The notes under the pieces are model-generated. The model was given only the letters and a program-made list of their open reading frames with translations. It did no database searches and was not told the origin of the DNA. Positions 24,214-26,358 of a stretch of DNA of 26,358 nucleotides are shown piece by piece (within the stretch, counting starts at the first letter, position 1; every line of letters begins with the position of its first letter). Origin of the DNA: an uncultured Candidatus Saccharibacteria bacterium (GTDB taxonomy: Bacteria; Patescibacteriota; Minisyncoccia; Minisyncoccales; PEYH01); the NCBI GenBank assembly GCA_964395745.1, contig CAYNAX010000001.1:3568-29925 (forward strand), written 5' to 3'. The translations under genes were made by a program, and so were the position numbers.

Positions 24214-24933
24214 ATGTCTGGTCACAGCCATTGGCATGGCATAAGACACAAAAAAGAACTTGAAGATAAAAAAAGAGCCCAAATTTTCTCAAAATTGACT
24301 CGGGTTATAAGCGTTGCTGCAAGAGAAGGTACAGATCCAGAAACCAATCCCCGATTGAGAATGGCTATTGAGCGAGCAAAAGAATTTAGAATGCCAAACG
24401 AAAACATTGAAAGGGCTATTCAAAGAGGGGCTGGACAGATTGAAGGCGAAAGTTTAGAAGAATTTACCTTTGAAGCTATTGGCCCGGGAAAAATCGCAAT
24501 AATTATTGAAGGTATTACCAACAATAAAAACCGAACTCTTAATGAAATCAAAAATATTTTAGCAAAACATAACGGAAAACTTGCTCAGGAAGGATCTCAA
24601 CGGTGGATGTTCCAAAAATTAGGAATTATTACTGTTAACGCTCAAAATAAAAAAAGGGATGATGTTGAATTAGAGGCGATAGAGGCGGGAGCAGAGGATT
24701 TAAAATGGCAAGATTCGGTCTTAGAGGTTTATACTAAGCCAGATCAATTAGAAAAAGTAAAAGATAATTTAAAAAACCTCGGTCTAAAAATAGAATCGGC
24801 AACGCTTGGCTGGGTGCCAAATGAAGAAATAGAAGTTCCAGAAGAAATTAAAAAACAGGCAGAAAAACTATTTGAGGCATTGGACGAAAACGATGATGTA
24901 CAAGAAATTTACTCTAATATTAAACTTCCTTAA
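24214..24933 (+). CDS. yebC: YebC/PmpR family protein
   Basis: MSGHSHW..IRHKK, NPRLR, MPNENIERAI, EAIGPG, TNNKNRT and DDVQEIYSN. Start corrected to the ATG at 24214. Confidence 0.97.
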   Translation: MSGHSHWHGIRHKKELEDKKRAQIFSKLTRVISVAAREGTDPETNPRLRMAIERAKEFRMPNENIERAIQRGAGQIEGESLEEFTFEAIGPGKIAIIIEGITNNKNRTLNEIKNILAKHNGKLAQEGSQRWMFQKLGIITVNAQNKKRDDVELEAIEAGAEDLKWQDSVLEVYTKPDQLEKVKDNLKNLGLKIESATLGWVPNEEIEVPEEIKKQAEKLFEALDENDDVQEIYSNIKLP

Positions 24934-24936
24934 GTT

Positions 24937-25437
24937 ATGATCATCTTAGGCATAGACCCGGGAACAGCCACCACAGGTTACGGACTAATAAAGTTTTATA
25001 AAAGATCAGGCAGAATAGATTTAATAGATTACGGCTGCATCTTTACTACCCCAGAATTTTCTGATGCTCAGCGACTCAATCAAACATATAAAAAATTAAA
25101 TCAGGTGGTTAAAAAAAATAAGCCGGATATTTTGGCAATAGAAAGTATTTTCTTTTTTAAAAATTCAAAAACAGCCATAAAAGTAAGCCAAACAAAAGGA
25201 GTTATTTTATTTTGGGCAGCAAAAAACAAAATTCCTGTTTACGAACTTACCCCTCTTCAGGTAAAATTAGGAATTGTAGGTTATGGCCGCGCCAAAAAAA
25301 AGCAGGTACAAAGAATGATTAAAGAATTGCTTCAATTAAAAGAAATTCCAAAACCCGACGATGCTGCTGATGCTTTGGCTGTTGCTATTTGCTGCTCAAC
25401 AGCAATCAAAAACCAAAAATGTGAAAAAAGTTCTTGA
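24937..25437 (+). CDS. ruvC: Holliday junction resolvase RuvC
   Basis: IILGIDPGTATTGYG, AIESIFF, GYGRAKKKQV and PDDAADALAVA. Confidence 0.98.
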   Translation: MIILGIDPGTATTGYGLIKFYKRSGRIDLIDYGCIFTTPEFSDAQRLNQTYKKLNQVVKKNKPDILAIESIFFFKNSKTAIKVSQTKGVILFWAAKNKIPVYELTPLQVKLGIVGYGRAKKKQVQRMIKELLQLKEIPKPDDAADALAVAICCSTAIKNQKCEKSS

Positions 25438-25461
25438 CAGGTTCTTTTCAAAAAATATAAT
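25434..25461 (+). promoter_or_regulatory. Consensus sigma70 promoter of the acidic mini-protein
   Basis: TTGACA (25434-25439, overlapping the ruvC stop), N16, TATAAT (25456-25461). Confidence 0.75.
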
Positions 25462-25517
25462 TACCTTATAGGCCACAAAGGTCGCCCCTAAATTAAAAAA
25501 TAAATAATTTTAAATTT

Positions 25518-25700
25518 ATGGAATATAAATCAGAATTATTCCTTGTAAGCCAAGAAGAATTAGACGAAAACGAAGAAGAAATGCCCGAGGAAGAAGAGGA
25601 GACCACAGAAGAAGAAAGTTGGGATGAGGAAGGCGAAGAAGAATTAGGAGGAGATGAAGAAGAAGAGGAATTGGGAGAGGAAGAGGAAGAAGAAGTATAA
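25518..25700 (+). CDS. 60-aa hyper-acidic, probably disordered protein
   Basis: 32 Glu + 3 Asp in 60 aa with a single Lys. Mixed GAA/GAG codons rather than a simple repeat. Flanked by its own promoter and terminator. Confidence 0.75.
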   Translation: MEYKSELFLVSQEELDENEEEMPEEEEETTEEESWDEEGEEELGGDEEEEELGEEEEEEV

Positions 25701-25710
25701 TACTTTTTTC

Positions 25711-25743
25711 AAAAACCCCCTCGCTTGAAGCGAGGGGGTTTTT
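25711..25743. terminator. Strong intrinsic terminator (bidirectional geometry)
   Basis: aaaaaccccctcgct-tga-agcgagggggttttt: a 15-bp inverted repeat with a GC core and flanking A/T tracts, 11 nt after the acidic ORF stop. Confidence 0.92.
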
Positions 25744-25752
25744 GCTTATAAT
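25725..25752 (+). promoter_or_regulatory. Putative promoter of the PBP gene, with -35 in the terminator loop
   Basis: TTGAAG (25725-25730), N16, TATAAT (25747-25752), then 8 nt to the ATG at 25761. Confidence 0.55.
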
Positions 25753-25760
25753 ATATAAAT

Positions 25761-26358
25761 ATGCTTACTCAAAAGAAAGATAAAAAAATTATCGTAACTA
25801 AAAAAAGATTCTTTTTAACAATCTTCAAATTCTTTCTTATTTGTGTCGTTTTTTTTATTGTTGCGGGTTTGGGTATTTTTATCTATTACGCTAAAGATCT
25901 TCCTCGCCCCGAGGTTTTTGAAGAAAGACAACTGGCTTTGCCCACAAAAATATATGATCGCACTGGTCAAGTGCTTCTTTATACAATTTATGGAGAAGAG
26001 CGAAGAGAGCCAGTGAAATTAAACGAGGTTTCTCCTTATTTGATCAAGGCTGTCCTTGCCGCAGAAGACAAAAATTTTTACAATCACCACGGTATAGATT
26101 TCCAGGGCATTATTAGGTCTGTTTTAATTAATCTAAGAATTAAAAAGCCTGTCTATGGAGGATCAACTATTTCCCAACAACTAATTCGTTCCACCTTTCT
26201 TACTCCTCAAAAAACCATTTCCCGAAAAATAAAAGAAATAATTCTAACCTTAGAACTAGAAAGACGATATTCCAAGGACCAAATTTTAGAATGGTATCTT
26301 AACCAAATACCTTTTGGTCCTAATATTTATGGAGTTGAAGAAGCAGCCCGATCTTACT
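25761..26358 (+). CDS. Class A penicillin-binding protein (transglycosylase domain), partial, runs off the window; absent from the ORF track
   Basis: My translation: MLTQKKDKK..TM..YAKDLPRP..PTKIYDRTG..AAEDKNFYNHHGID..GGSTISQQL..RKIKE..LEWYLNQIPFG, which gives the GT51 motifs EDxxFxxHxG, GxSTxxQQL, RKxxE and LExYLN. Confidence 0.95.
   Translation, partial: MLTQKKDKKIIVTKKRFFLTIFKFFLICVVFFIVAGLGIFIYYAKDLPRPEVFEERQLALPTKIYDRTGQVLLYTIYGEERREPVKLNEVSPYLIKAVLAAEDKNFYNHHGIDFQGIIRSVLINLRIKKPVYGGSTISQQLIRSTFLTPQKTISRKIKEIILTLELERRYSKDQILEWYLNQIPFGPNIYGVEEAARSY

Noticed and set aside
2268-24407. Numerous short antisense or overlapping ORFs in the track (e.g. 2268+, 2572+, 3196+, 3359+, 3927+, 4829+, 5555+, 5560+, 5608-, 6725+, 8283+, 10672+, 10913+, 11278+, 12478-, 14116+, 14580+, 15524+, 16236+, 16860+, 17180+, 17935+, 18430+, 18961+, 18987+, 20557-, 21721-, 22676-, 24222-)
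   Set aside because: They lie almost wholly within or opposite well-supported genes, are Phe/Ser/Leu-rich as expected for the antisense of AT-rich coding DNA, and show no recognisable motifs.
59-25437. Alternative genetic code (TGA = Gly, as in Gracilibacteria/Absconditabacteria)
   Set aside because: Conserved genes are full length under code 11, and TGA acts as the stop for tyrS, mutM (ATGA overlap with holA) and ruvC.

Overview
AT-rich bacterial chromosomal segment in standard code 11, most consistent with Patescibacteria/CPR (Parcubacteria-like). That assignment is an inference from gene content and style: a secretin-less type IV pilus cluster, single-domain receivers, few Shine-Dalgarno motifs and no metabolic genes. 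The left half (minus strand) holds tyrS, tRNA-Arg(UCU) and a type IV pilus operon (HK-REC-pilB-pilC-three minor pilins-[Ig-repeat/CFI-box protein]-pilM-pilN-pilO-small membrane protein). The middle holds rpsT, holA, mutM, a multi-component signalling cluster (membrane HAMP protein with no output domain, stand-alone V4R/H-NOX-like protein, PAS-PAS histidine kinase, two stand-alone receivers), a stand-alone 5'-3' exonuclease and tsaE. The right half (plus strand) holds a catalytically degenerate DHH-like protein, a second PilB/GspE ATPase, ruvB, a lamin-tail-domain protein, yebC, ruvC, a 60-aa hyper-acidic protein and a partial class A PBP that is missing from the ORF track. The most notable items are: (1) an unannotated ~117-nt structured RNA on the minus strand between pilB2 and ruvB, with a perfect TTGACA-N17-TATAAT promoter and five strand-specific G-U pairs; (2) the split HAMP/V4R/PAS-HK/REC signalling system near the pilus genes; (3) an Ig-repeat/CFI-box protein embedded in the pilus operon; (4) a monocistronic 58% Glu/Asp mini-protein with its own promoter and terminator. 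No CRISPR array, rRNA or mobile element was seen.
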